Shown piece by piece: positions 27,453 through 41,149 of a stretch of 64,000 bases of DNA (the first letter of the stretch is position 1; each line of letters begins with the position of its first letter). The notes under the pieces are model-generated. The model had not been told where the DNA came from. It did not search any database and worked only from the letters and a program-made list of their open reading frames with translations. The DNA lies in the NCBI GenBank assembly GCA_964016885.1, contig OZ024746.1, positions 60,202,001-60,266,000 on the forward strand, written 5' to 3'. Position numbers and translations under genes: made by a program. This DNA is from Eledone cirrhosa. Its lineage: Eukaryota.

Positions 27453-29250
27453 TCAAGGTGGTTGAGTTATCATAGGAATGTCAATCCAGTTACAGATCAG
27501 ATGTGATTTCAGATGAGGACAACATCTGAAGATCTCGGTCTTTGAGTTCAGGCAAGCAGAAGTGGCTTTCAAATTTTGCAAAATCCTATATTTTTCTGTG
27601 GTACACAAAGAACAATCTTTGTGCCCCTTTGGTACTCCCTCGAATGGTCTAAAATAGACCAATCGATAGAGTACGGATGTTTTTATCCTTGAATCCTCAC
27701 ACCTTACTTGCGAGGGCCGTTGTTGTTCGTTTATCGGAGTGCTTAAAAGAAGCGACATGTTCATAAAACCTGGTTTTAAACCTGTCCTGGGTCATGCCAA
27801 CATATCGCTCACTCCTGGCTGGCTGGTTGTTGATTAAAGGTGTCACTTTAGCCTCATAAACAACAGATTTGGTGTTACATTTGCCCTGCAATGGGCAATC
27901 ATCCGGATTCCTGCAACTGCATCCTGGATTTGTTCACGTATGATTTGAATTAGTGATCTTGGACTTCATTGATGGGCAACAGGAGTAACTGATCTTAACT
28001 ACATTTCTATTAAATATCTTATAATATCTATGATTGGGAGGAAAATGTTTATCTAAGAGTTCAAGGAATTTCCTTCCTACATTAGTTTTGACAGTTAGAG
28101 AGAAGGGGGTGTAAACCAAATAATTTTCCTTTTCCTATTATTGTGGTTAGTTTTATGGGTGGGGAGTAGGTAAATAATAAATTTGTTCTGTAAAACCGCT
28201 GTTTTTAAGGGCTTTATTATAATAAGGGGCGGCTTTATTAAAAATGTCTATAGACGAAGATAAGGTAGAAATCCTACGGCTAATGTTGGGAATAAGATTT
28301 TTAAAAACTATAGGGGGGATGGCAAGACTCTTTGTGTATATACCTAAGATTTTCATTAGGTTTATGATAAGGTTTAAAAGAGGCGGTAAGTAGATCAAGA
28401 TTAATGTCAAGAAAGTTAGCATTGGTAAGGTTCGTATCTATAGTAATTTTAAGGTTAAGATTAGCAAAAGTATTGATTAAATCTTAACGGAATTTTATCA
28501 AGGTTATGGCCGTTGGTGGTATGAGAAACTGCCAATCCGTCATCACGGTATAAACCGATATTATGGGAAGGAAATTTCTCTTTGAGGGTGTGGAGAAGGA
28601 ATAATCCTACTAAGTCACACACATCCGCACTGTCATATGAACCCATTGCAACATCAAAAGAGTTTTCAGGGTTTGACTTTTTAACCCAAATATTTTCATT
28701 AGTAAAGAGTAAAGTTTTTCTAGCATGAAAGATAAAGTTTTCTTCTAATTTAGAAATATTAATGAAGGGTCTTGCAAACTCTAAGGCATTAGTTAATAAG
28801 GAAACAGTAATAGAGGGGTAAAAATCAACAATATCAAATTGGGTAAATCTACACTTATTTTTACCTTGTATATTATTAAACCAAGAAATAACAGAAGAAG
28901 TATTTAGCCACTGTGATAGGTCTCTCTTAGTTCTAATTTGGAGAATTATTTTTCTTAAGATTTTTTTACTTGCAAGGCTAACTTCGGATTTAGCCGGGTT
29001 AATCAGTCTACAACTAGGTCGATTAGTAAAGTCTAATTTATGGTCTTTAAGGGTAATATATTCTTTACGCTTAGCTAGGCTTTCAATTCCGTTGTCTATT
29101 TTTAAAGAACTAGCTAGTTCTTTAGCTTCTTTATTAATAATATTGTAGGTATTATTATTAGTTAATTGATATTTGTTGGTGATACTATTAGTTAAAAGTT
29201 GGTTATGCAAAATACTATTAACTTCAAAGAGATTATATATTAATACAATA
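27453..29250 (-). pseudogene. PLE RT + GIY-YIG, multiply frameshifted
   Basis: CRLINPAKSE, QFDIVDFYPS, FDVAMGS, GLYRDD; CSCRNPDDCPLQGKC; VVY...YVGMT. Confidence 0.9.
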
Positions 29251-29431
29251 ATAATTATGTTCTTTCTCATATATATATATATATTGAGTTATATATGTAT
29301 ATGCGTGTGTGTGTGTATGTACGTATGCATACGTATGTGTATGTATATATGTGTGTGTAGGTATATATGTGTATGTGAGTATGTATGTATATATGTGTAT
29401 GTGAGTATGTATGTGTGTATGTATATATATG

Positions 29432-29538
<107 letters not shown>

Positions 29539-29666
29539 GTTAAATAAGGTTCATATGAATTATCTAAGAATGAGTTTTACACACATATATATGTGTGTTT
29601 GTATTTGTATGTACGTGTTTGTGATATGTATATATATGTATGTGTATATTTGTATGGTTATGTATG

Positions 29667-29740
<74 letters not shown>

Positions 29741-29999
29741 TATATATATATATGTATGTAGGTGTGTGTATGTATGTATGTGTGTGTATGTATGTATATG
29801 TGTGTGTGTGTGTGTGTGTATTTGTGTATGCGTATGTATGCGTTTATGTATTTGTATATGTATATTTATGTGTGAGAGTGTGTGTATATTTATTTTTACG
29901 TATGTATGTGTACTTGCATTAGCGTTTATTGCTTACCACGTGTGTTTGTTCATTTATTTGTTGCCTGTATCGCTGTCAACACTATAATAGTCTTTATAT

Positions 30000-30194
30000 G
30001 TGGATTGGCAGGTGGATTGGCAGTATCGGTAGAGGGTCGGACGCCATGCTTTCCAGCATAGTTACGTCCCTTTACGGTCTGAGTTCAAATCCCGCCGAGG
30101 TTGACTTTACCTTTCATCCTTACGGGGTCGATAAAAATAAAGTACCGGTAATGCACTGGGTAATTGCTGGCCTTGTGCCTAAAGTAGAAACAAT
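30000..30194 (+). mobile_element. full-length tRNA-derived SINE with 17-bp TSD
   Basis: TATAATAGTCTTTATAT at 29983-29999 and 30195-30211; A and B boxes present. Confidence 0.9.
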
Positions 30195-30449
30195 TATAAT
30201 AGTCTTTATATTCATTTTTATGTTTTTTATTATTATATATTTTTTCTTATATTTATTTGTGTGTGTGAGTATGTAGAGGTGTGTATATATTTCTATTTTT
30301 GTGCATGCGTATGTATGCGTGTATATATGTGTGTATGTATGTGTATATATGTACGTGTGTATATTCGTATGATTGTGTGTATGTATGTATGTATGTGTAT
30401 GTATATGTGTATGTATATGTATGTGTATGTGTATGTGTGTATGTGTGTG

Positions 30450-30493
<44 letters not shown>

Positions 30494-30637
30494 GTTGTAT
30501 ATATGTATGTGTATGTATGGATATGTTGATATTTATGTGTGTATGTATGTATGTGTATATGTATGTGTATGTATATATATATATACACATATATATGTGT
30601 GTGTGTATATATGTGTGTGTGTATGTATGTGTGTATG

Positions 30638-30718
<81 letters not shown>

Positions 30719-30860
30719 ATGTATATATTTGTGTGTGTGTGTGTGTTTGCATGTGTGTTTTTATTTTACTTTTCCTTTCCTTCTTCCTTTTCCAGCCTCA
30801 CTTTCATATAGATTGCATTTTTGTTTTTAAAATCCAACGCCAATAAATACGCCAGGATTT

Positions 30861-30921
30861 TTTCATTCTGATGATTGAAAGCAAAATTTTTTTGCTTTTA
30901 AGAAACCACTGGTAAATGAAA
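30861..30921 (+). ncRNA. type I hammerhead ribozyme
   Basis: TTTCATT-CTGATGA-TTGAAAGCAAAA TTT TTTTGCTTTTAA-GAAACC ACT GGTA^AATGAAA; all three stems pair. Confidence 0.88.
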
Positions 30922-31109
30922 TAATTGCCTTATGTTGTTTATTACATAACTATTAAGCTCTGTTACCTACATAGAGCACTCTTTTTTCCTTGTCTTTTCC
31001 GACGGAATTACTTCATTCACACATATATATATGTATATGTATATATATGTATATATATGTATATATATATATATATGTATATGTATATATATGTATATGT
31101 ATATGTATA

Positions 31110-34100
31110 TGTATCTATCTATCTAAGGCGGGTAAAATTCCCGAGATCCATGGACGAGTTCTCTCCAGCGGTCTCTGTCCCTCATTATCGCTGCCATATC
31201 CTGAATCTCCAACAGACCAGTGTCTGTCCTTAGGGCATCAACATATGTTAACCTTGGTCTTCCTCTTCTAGTGTGTCCATGTAGGGACTCCCAAAGGAGC
31301 ACTGAGTGCAATGTCAACTCTGGATGTCGGTGAGCATGTCCAGCCAACCTCAGTCTCCTCTGTGTCACTTTTGAGCTGACTTTTGGGATGCTCCCATACA
31401 GCTCTGAGTTTTTCATCCTCAGTGTATACTGATTAATGTTCAGAGCCATCCTCAGCATTCTCGTGTAGCACCCATCCACCATCTGAGTGAGTCTCTTGGT
31501 CAGTGTCCAAGTCTCAGACCCATACAGCAGCACAGACTCCACTACAGCAATGAAGAGGCGGATTTTCAGGTCTCTACGAAGGTCCGACTTCCACACCGAT
31601 CTCAAGCTGTGACACGCCGCCCAGGCCTTGCTCTTCCTCTCAACCACATCATCTTCCGTATTCCCAATCTTTGCTCCCAAATACAGGAAGTCCTCAACCA
31701 ACTCCAGCGGCTTCCCGCCTACATTAGTGATCCCCTCTGGCTTCTCAACATTCTCTACCAGATATTTTGTTTTAGTCTCATTCATTCTCAGCCCCACACT
31801 CATCGACACAGTCTCAACCTCCCGCATCAAACTCTCTGCCTCCTTCACTGTATTTGTCACCAAAACTATGTCGTCGGCAAATTCAGCATCCGATACCTTT
31901 TTCGCCCCAACTCTCCTGCTCTGAGCCGGTGCTACAGTAAAGCCAGTGTCCTGGTGTTTCTCCAGTGCAAGGCGCATACAATAGTCCACTACGATGATAA
32001 AAAGGTAGGGAGCCAATGTATCTCCCTGGAGCACTCCAGCCAGTATCTCAAAGAACTCTGTCATCCCATCAGGTGTAATGACTTGGGCTTTGGTGTTGGT
32101 GTAGAGCAGTGATATCAGGTCCACTATCCTCTTGGGGATTCCATAAGCCTGTAAGATCTTCATCAGGCAGTAACGGTCCACAGAATCAAAGGCCTTCCTA
32201 AAGTCAATGAAAACCATGACCGCAGGAAGGCACTTTGCTCTAGCTCCCTCTAATATCCTCCTCAGCATCAGGATGTGACTGGTGGTTGATCTACCCTCTC
32301 TGAAGCCGTTCTGGTTGTCCCTGAGCTTCTTCTCCATCTCAGGCTGGATCCTGTTAAGAATCATCCTGTTGAGGGTCTTTGCCACAAGTGACGTCAGTGA
32401 GATCCCCCGGTAGTTGTTGGTGTTAGAGAGATCTCCCTTCTTTGGCACTGGGACGATGTTACTGATCCTCCACTGATTCGGGGCAACTCCTTTCTCCAGT
32501 GCCCCGTTACAGAACCCCAGGATGATATCATCAAAATCACACCTCTTCATCACCTCTGATGCCACTCCATCTTCTCCATGAGCCTTGCCCTCCTTGATCT
32601 TCTTCTTGGCTCTCTGAAGCTCCTCTCTGGTGAAGGGCTCTGTCTCAACATCCAGTTCCTCAAACAGCCGCCTGATCTCCCCAGTGCTCCGGGCTGTGGA
32701 GGGTGGCTCTCCTAGTAGGGTCCTAAAATGGTCTAGCCATTTCCTCTTCCTATCCTCGGGCCCCGTTCCCTGGATCTGACTCGAACACCTTTTCTTCCTC
32801 CCTGTGATGTCCTGGGTATGACATTAAACTACATCCAGTGGCAAGGCTCCAGTTCGGGAGTTCAGGAGATGTGGGGAATGTGGAGTTACCCCTTAGTTGT
32901 CATGACTCCCAGGTCTGCCCTGGCCCGGGGTGGTAGTACCTGTTAGGGCTCCATTTATGGGTTAAATAACTACCTTATTCAAGTGGCGCCGGTAAGGTAT
33001 TGTCAGCCATTGAAAAGAAATATGGAGAGTCGATCTAACAGCACTAGGGTTAGAGCCCCTAATTACACTGTCAAGGAGCAGCCTGGTCGTTATGACTCTG
33101 CTGGCTTAGAGCCACAGAGAGGGCCAGTGGATGATGGATCAGCTGTCTCTGAGACAAATATAAAGAATGCAGTTTTGTCCTGCAGAAGAGCCATCAAAAT
33201 GGGCACTTTGAATGTGAGGACTATTCGAACGCTGGAGAAGAGAGAGGAGTTGGGACATCTGTTCGAGGAGAGTGGTATACAGATACTTGCGATCCAAGAA
33301 CACAGGATTCTACACGATGAGCCCGTGAGGAGTGTGATGATCGGGAGGAAGAGCCAGCTCATCACTACATCGGCAGTGAAGAACACAACAAATGCTGCAG
33401 TAGGAGGTGTGGGTTTTGTGTTCAGTGCAAAAACCAATCTGTTGGTGAGGGAAATAATGCCTATCTCCCCGCGAGTGTTGAGGGTGACCTTCAATGGAAA
33501 CCCAAGACTGACAGTCATCTCAGCCTATAGTCCAACCGAGGGGGACAGTGATGTGAATGCCGAGGAGTTCCATGAGGAGGTGTGTAGAGCTGTCAACACC
33601 ACTCAGGCACACAATATCCTGCTTGTTTTGGGGGACTTCAATGCACATCTGAGTAAGGAGGGCAGTGAAGATCCTTGCTGGTACTTCCATAACAACACCA
33701 ACCGAAATGGAAGACTACTGAGAGACACCCTGCTGGAGGCGAACTTGATGGCGACCAACCTAAGGTTTAGGAAGAATCTGGGGAAGATGTGGACCTACAT
33801 CTCAGATATGCACCTGTCCAAGTCCCAGATTGATTTCATTCTGGTGAGGAAAAAGTGGCGGAATAGTGTTCTGAACACGGAACCATACAGCTATTTCAGT
33901 ACACTGGGTAGTGACCACCGGCTTGTTATGAGTGAGGTCCGCGTGAGCTTAAGAAAGAGCAAGGCTCAGCCCCGGAGAACAATCTATGACTGGGGAGCTT
34001 TCAAGGAAGATGATAAGCTACAGGAGAGGTTCACAGTGGAAGTGAGAAACAGGTTTAGTGCTCTGTGTGGAGAGTCAGAGGAGAGAGAGATTGGATGGTT

Positions 34101-34430
34101 GGATGGACTGAGGAGAGTGTGACGAGGAGGTACGGGCACTTCACCAATGCAGTGGCGAAAGCAAGTGAAACCCTGGTGCCGAGGAAAAAGAACAAAGGGA
34201 AGCACGTCAGCTCTGCAAACCCAAAAGTGTGTGCAGCCAGAGAACACCTGAAATCTGCCAGGGACCAATTCTATGCTGATCCTACGGAGGAGAGGATGGA
34301 GACTGTGGAGGTGATGAGGGAAGAGCTCTGTACCGCTTACACTGAGGTCAGAGAGGAGGCACTGATAGAGAAGATTAGAAGTGTGGAGAGAGCGGTTGAC
34401 AGATCTGGATGTAAGGAGAGCTGGATGATC
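31110..34430 (-). mobile_element. RTE-type LINE with inverted 5' half
   Basis: RT on minus 32810 to 31123 (DFRKAFD, LQGD, FADD) with (TAGA)n tail; 5' UTR and APE on plus 32811-34430 (TLNVRT, AIQEH, GDFNAH, SDH). Confidence 0.92.
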
Positions 34431-34445
34431 ATGTATATGTATATG

Positions 34446-34518
<73 letters not shown>

Positions 34519-34551
34519 ATATATATATATATGTATATATATATATGATTA

Positions 34552-34603
<52 letters not shown>

Positions 34604-34604
34604 A

Positions 34605-34672
<68 letters not shown>

Positions 34673-34845
34673 GTATATATATATATGTATATGTATATAT
34701 ATATATGATTATATATATATATGTATATATATATATATGTATATATATATATGTATATATATATATATGTATATATATATGTATATATATATATATATGT
34801 GTATATATATATGTGTATATATATATGTGTGTATATATATATATG

Positions 34846-34876
<31 letters not shown>

Positions 34877-34905
34877 GTATATATATATGTATATATATAC
34901 ATATG

Positions 34906-34936
<31 letters not shown>

Positions 34937-34937
34937 G

Positions 34938-34982
<45 letters not shown>

Positions 34983-34983
34983 G

Positions 34984-35074
<91 letters not shown>

Positions 35075-35128
35075 GTATTAAGGATACTATTTATGGTTAT
35101 GTATATACTAAAACCTTTTATAGTTATA

Positions 35129-36312
35129 CTAGCATTAAAGCCCGGCGTTGCTCGGGGTCATTAAGTTACCAAAGTTAGGTTGCACCACCCATTTTATGGC
35201 AGCACTTTTTTGTCTGCCAGGCACTGGGTGAATGAATTGCAGACCTGGAAGCAGGAGCTGCGCCAGCAGTGACAATTGTAGTTTCGCCTATGGATATTAT
35301 CTCTGTGCAAAAAAGTGTTGAAATTTATTTACTTGCGCAACACGCGCGTAGACGATGCCAGCCGAACAACAGAGCTGCGATGGAGTTGTTCTGCCTGGTT
35401 GTCTGTGTTTTCTAAATTTAAGACAGTAGGGAGGGTTGTGATATGAGGGAGAGTTAGCTGTTGTTTCTAGCAGGTTTAGTGACCTCATAGAGGATATGTG
35501 TTTTCTAAATTTAAGACAGTAGGGAGTGGTGTGATATGGAGGAGAGTTAGCTGCTGTTTCTAGCAGGTTTAGTGACCTCATAGAAGATATGTTTTCTAAA
35601 TTTAAGACAGTAGGGATGGGTGTGATATGGGGGAGAGTTAGCTGCTGTTTCTAGCAGGTTTAGTAACCTCATAGAGGATATGTGTTTTCTAAATTTAAGA
35701 CAGTAGGGAGTGGTGTGATATGGGGGAGAGTTAGCTGCTGTTTCTAGCAGGTTTAGTGACCTCATAGAGGATATTATTGTTTATCATTATCTATAAAAGG
35801 CAGATTGTTGTTGTTGTTGTTGAAGTGAGTGTGCGTTTGTATGCGTTTGGAAAAGAGGTTTTAAAAAAGATTTATCGCTTGTTGTTGAATAAATGTATCT
35901 GTTGCTTTTGAATAATTGTCGTTTCGTATGAAATGTAATAATTTGAAGTATAAAAGAGAAAGTAGCAAAATGTGTGGGTTGTAGATAGAGGTAAGCAGAT
36001 GATATGACAGAGTAATACGGACAGTATCACCATCAAGCTTGGAAAGAGAAAGTAGCAGAAAGTATGAAGTTGTATAGATTTTGAATGGTAGTGAAAAGAG
36101 TTTAGCAGTTTAAATGACAGAGAAAAATCGTAAAATATTGAGTTTTATCTATTTTTTGCGTAATTGTGGGTGAAATTGAAAAAATGAGATGTGCCAAGAC
36201 GCAATCGAAACTATTTCGAATACTGAATTGTAAATTTCAATTGAAGAAATTCTATATCGTAGATTACTATAAGAAAGGAGCATGACCACACACTGAGCTT
36301 TATAGATTATGA
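35129..36312 (-). mobile_element. non-autonomous Helitron
   Basis: Minus strand: A|TCATAATCTATAAAG start; end hairpin CCCGAGCAACGCCGGG, 8 nt, then CTAG|T. Confidence 0.7.
35404..35773. repeat. about 92-bp minisatellite x4 inside the Helitron
   Basis: Units at about 35404, 35497, 35590 and 35681. Confidence 0.9.
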
Positions 36313-36849
36313 TATATATTATACCCTAAATAGTGAAAGACAGTAATTTATTACTATCTTATTACCAGCTCAATGTAACAACATCAGTTGTTTTACAGAG
36401 CAGTTATATAGAGATTACATGAAACAAAGTTCTGTTTAAATCATTTATTTGCTTACAATTGTTTCTTCCAAACCGAGGTTTGGAGTCTTCGGAGCAATTA
36501 TTCAGTGATTTTTTACATACTTGACCTCCTTTTAAACACAAGAGACATATAGAAACATATGTATATATTGACCCACAGTGGGTTGACATCCATTATAATA
36601 ATATAGCATGGTAATTTACATACAAAGATTACAGTCATATTAAAGGACAAAATTAAAGTTTTAATTAAAATTAAAATTAAAATTAAACATTGGCAGTCTA
36701 CTAAGATAAAGCAAAAGGAAAGTTTGGAGTAGCCAGTGTATGCAACAGTCACACGTGTGGCACGCACGCGTGTCCTATTTATACAAGATTATAGTGCGGC
36801 AGATTGTTACAAGTAAAACAAGCAGTCAAAGCACACTAGTATTTTAATT

Positions 36850-36990
<141 letters not shown>

Positions 36991-36991
36991 G

Positions 36992-37046
<55 letters not shown>

Positions 37047-37059
37047 ATCTATATATATG

Positions 37060-37138
<79 letters not shown>

Positions 37139-37151
37139 ATCTATATATATG

Positions 37152-37188
<37 letters not shown>

Positions 37189-37221
37189 GTATGTATATCT
37201 ATATATATGTATATATATATG

Positions 37222-37256
<35 letters not shown>

Positions 37257-37279
37257 GTATATATATATCTATATATATG

Positions 37280-37330
<51 letters not shown>

Positions 37331-37419
37331 TTATATGTATATATGTATATATATATATATATGTATGTATATATATGTATTTATATGTATATATGTATAT
37401 ATATATATATGTATGTATA

Positions 37420-37790
<371 letters not shown>

Positions 37791-37792
<2 letters not shown>

Positions 37793-38460
37793 AAATAAAG
37801 TTAAATAAAAAGTCAAATGATTAAAATTTAGCTTCGTTTATTACTGCTATATATATTTCAGTGACAGCCATCTTTGGCTGTGACCTCTTCAGGCAGTTTG
37901 AATTAGTATGGTATAGACAAGTACATATGTTGTTGAGGTGTATAATATTGTCAATACTCTGATATGCCCAGTTCCTGGTTGGGTTGTTATTTCACTGAGG
38001 AACTGGAATCATATAAATTCAAACAAACGAATTTCAGTGTCAAAGGTCCTCTTCTCCTCTCATTGGTCAGTTATTAGAACATTCCTCATTCTAAGTGTTG
38101 TTATTGTTGGAGTTAGCTTAAAAAATTGATAAAATGGCAGAAGGGACAAGGTGTTAAAGGAACAAAATAACAAAAAAAGTGTCAAACTTCCCATTGGTCA
38201 GTTCTGAGAGCATTCCTCAGTCAGAAGTCTATAGCATTCTTTCTGGGGTGAGGCTCCCTGTAGTGTTTTTGTTTGCTATTGTGATGGCTGTCACTGAAAT
38301 ATATATAGCAGTAATAAACGAAGCTAAATTTTAATCATTTGACTTTTTATTTAACTTTATTTTACACTACTCCGGAGTAACCAAACGAACCTGCGCACTT
38401 CGTCGAGTGCTCCAGTCTGCTTACTGAGGTGTTGGTATACAACCAACATAAACTCAAAAT
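37791..38460 (-). mobile_element. non-coding mini-PLE-like element with inverted tailed arm
   Basis: 37791-37872 is the reverse complement of 38283-38364; tail 38365-38460; HHR in the left arm. Confidence 0.8.
37843..37897 (-). ncRNA. minimal type I hammerhead ribozyme
   Basis: ACTGC-CTGAAGA-GGTCACAGCC AAAGAT GGCTGTCACT-GAAATATATATA^GCAGT. Confidence 0.85.
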
Positions 38461-38520
38461 ATATATGTTTATATATATATATGTATATATGTATATATAT
38501 ATATGTATATATGTATATAA

Positions 38521-38659
<139 letters not shown>

Positions 38660-38744
38660 ATACATATATATATATATGTATGTATATATATATGTATATA
38701 TATATATATATGTATATATATGTATATATGTATATATATATATG

Positions 38745-38787
<43 letters not shown>

Positions 38788-38872
38788 GTATATATATGTA
38801 TATATATATATATGTATATATATGTATATATATGTATATATATTTATATATATATATGTATATATATGTATA

Positions 38873-39522
<650 letters not shown>

Positions 39523-39693
39523 TATTAATAATGAGTTCAAATCTCAGGTAGTCCTTTACAATGAAATAGCTCAAAGAAAGAAGTATTTCTGAGCCGTGTA
39601 ATACAAGTTAATATAAATTAATATATTTGATAAACACAAATACCAACATACATATATATATATATATACATACATATATATATATATACATAC

Positions 39694-39740
<47 letters not shown>

Positions 39741-39753
39741 CATATATATATAG

Positions 39754-41040
39754 AGCCAAAGAAATGTAACAACTTTAGCAGAAAAAGCTTGGACGCTCAG
39801 GGATAGTGATCAAAAGTTTACTCTAAAATGGGAGAAATTAGCTAAAACCCAAAGCTTTTCCAGGAGCCTAAATTTCTGCAAATTATGTAATCTTGAGATT
39901 TATTACATAATCACACACAAGAAGAAATTGCTGAATAACAGAATTGAACGAACATTATTCTGCCGTCACAGAACTAAAACCCTTTTTTCCCACTACAAGC
40001 CGAATATTACATAAAAGAGGGACATCCCCCCAACTATATAAACCTCATTCTAGTTAGAAAAATATAAAAACAATCTCTTCTCAACATATATTAATAACCT
40101 TAAATTACCACACTAATAATGGAAAGATATACTGATGAAAATAGGTGCAAATATGCGATAATGAATGTGTCTAAAAACGTCCATAAGTATGTATATATAT
40201 GTGAAAATGTATATAAATAAGTAAATATATATATATGTTTGATGTGTATAGTAGGATGTAAGTGTATTCATGTATTAAAGTGCTTATATATATATATATA
40301 TGTATATATATATGTGTGTATATATATATATGTATAGATGTGTATTTATATGTATATGTGTACACATAGACTAGAGTATGTATGTATATATGTGTGTGTC
40401 TATGCGTGTGTATATAAAGATAAGTTGAGTATGAAAATGTATACACATGAACGCGTATGTATGTACATGAATACATGTGTGTATATATATATGTATGCAT
40501 GTGTATATGTATGTAAGTATGAATATGTGAATGTGAGTATATGTATTTTGTAGAGATGTGCAAATATATTCGTGTGTGAATGCGTGGGTGAAAGGATACG
40601 TACACTTGAAAGAAAAATTTAAGTCTGAATGTTAATTAAGTGCAAACACAAAACCAACCACGCATATCTTTACTATCTCTAATCCTTCTATAAATTTAGA
40701 AAAATAACCAATAATATATTCTATAAAAATGTCAAAACAACAGATGGGAATCTAATTACTCACTGCCACCAAAAAATTCTCACTGCTATCAACAAACCAC
40801 TCCCTCAACTATTCTTCTAACAACTTCACCCCTCCCTCCTAATATTCTCTATAAAAACCAAATAGGTCCTCAATAATATTATTCTGATGAAATGACAGTA
40901 AATAATAACATTGAAATATTGAATGTCTGCATAACTAAAACTTTTGTAGATAGCAGCTGTTTTCAGGTTATGTAACTGTTACAGAAACACGTGTCAATAA
41001 ATTCCTTTCAACTAAACTGTAACCATTCAAATCTTTCTAT
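39754..41040 (+). mobile_element. 5'-truncated Nematis-like PLE
   Basis: 39754-40014 reads TTLAEKAW...LKWEKL...CKLCNLE...LLN...FCRHR*; microsatellite-rich 3' UTR; terminal HHR. Confidence 0.8.
40879..41000 (+). ncRNA. type I hammerhead with about 93-nt stem II domain
   Basis: TTATT-CTGATGA-(TGACAGT...ACTGTTA)-GAAACACGTGTC^AATAA; palindromic stem III. Confidence 0.7.
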
Positions 41041-41149
41041 ATATATATTTATATATATATATATGTATATATATATACATGTATATATATATGTATATAT
41101 ATATGTATATATATATATGTATATATATAGATATAGATAGGTAAATATA

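Noticed and set aside
35404-35773. CRISPR-like repeat array
   Set aside because: Contiguous units with no unique spacers, in a eukaryotic context.
36320-36840. Second Helitron ending CACTAG|T
   Set aside because: No hairpin adjacent to the CTAG and no clear 5' end.
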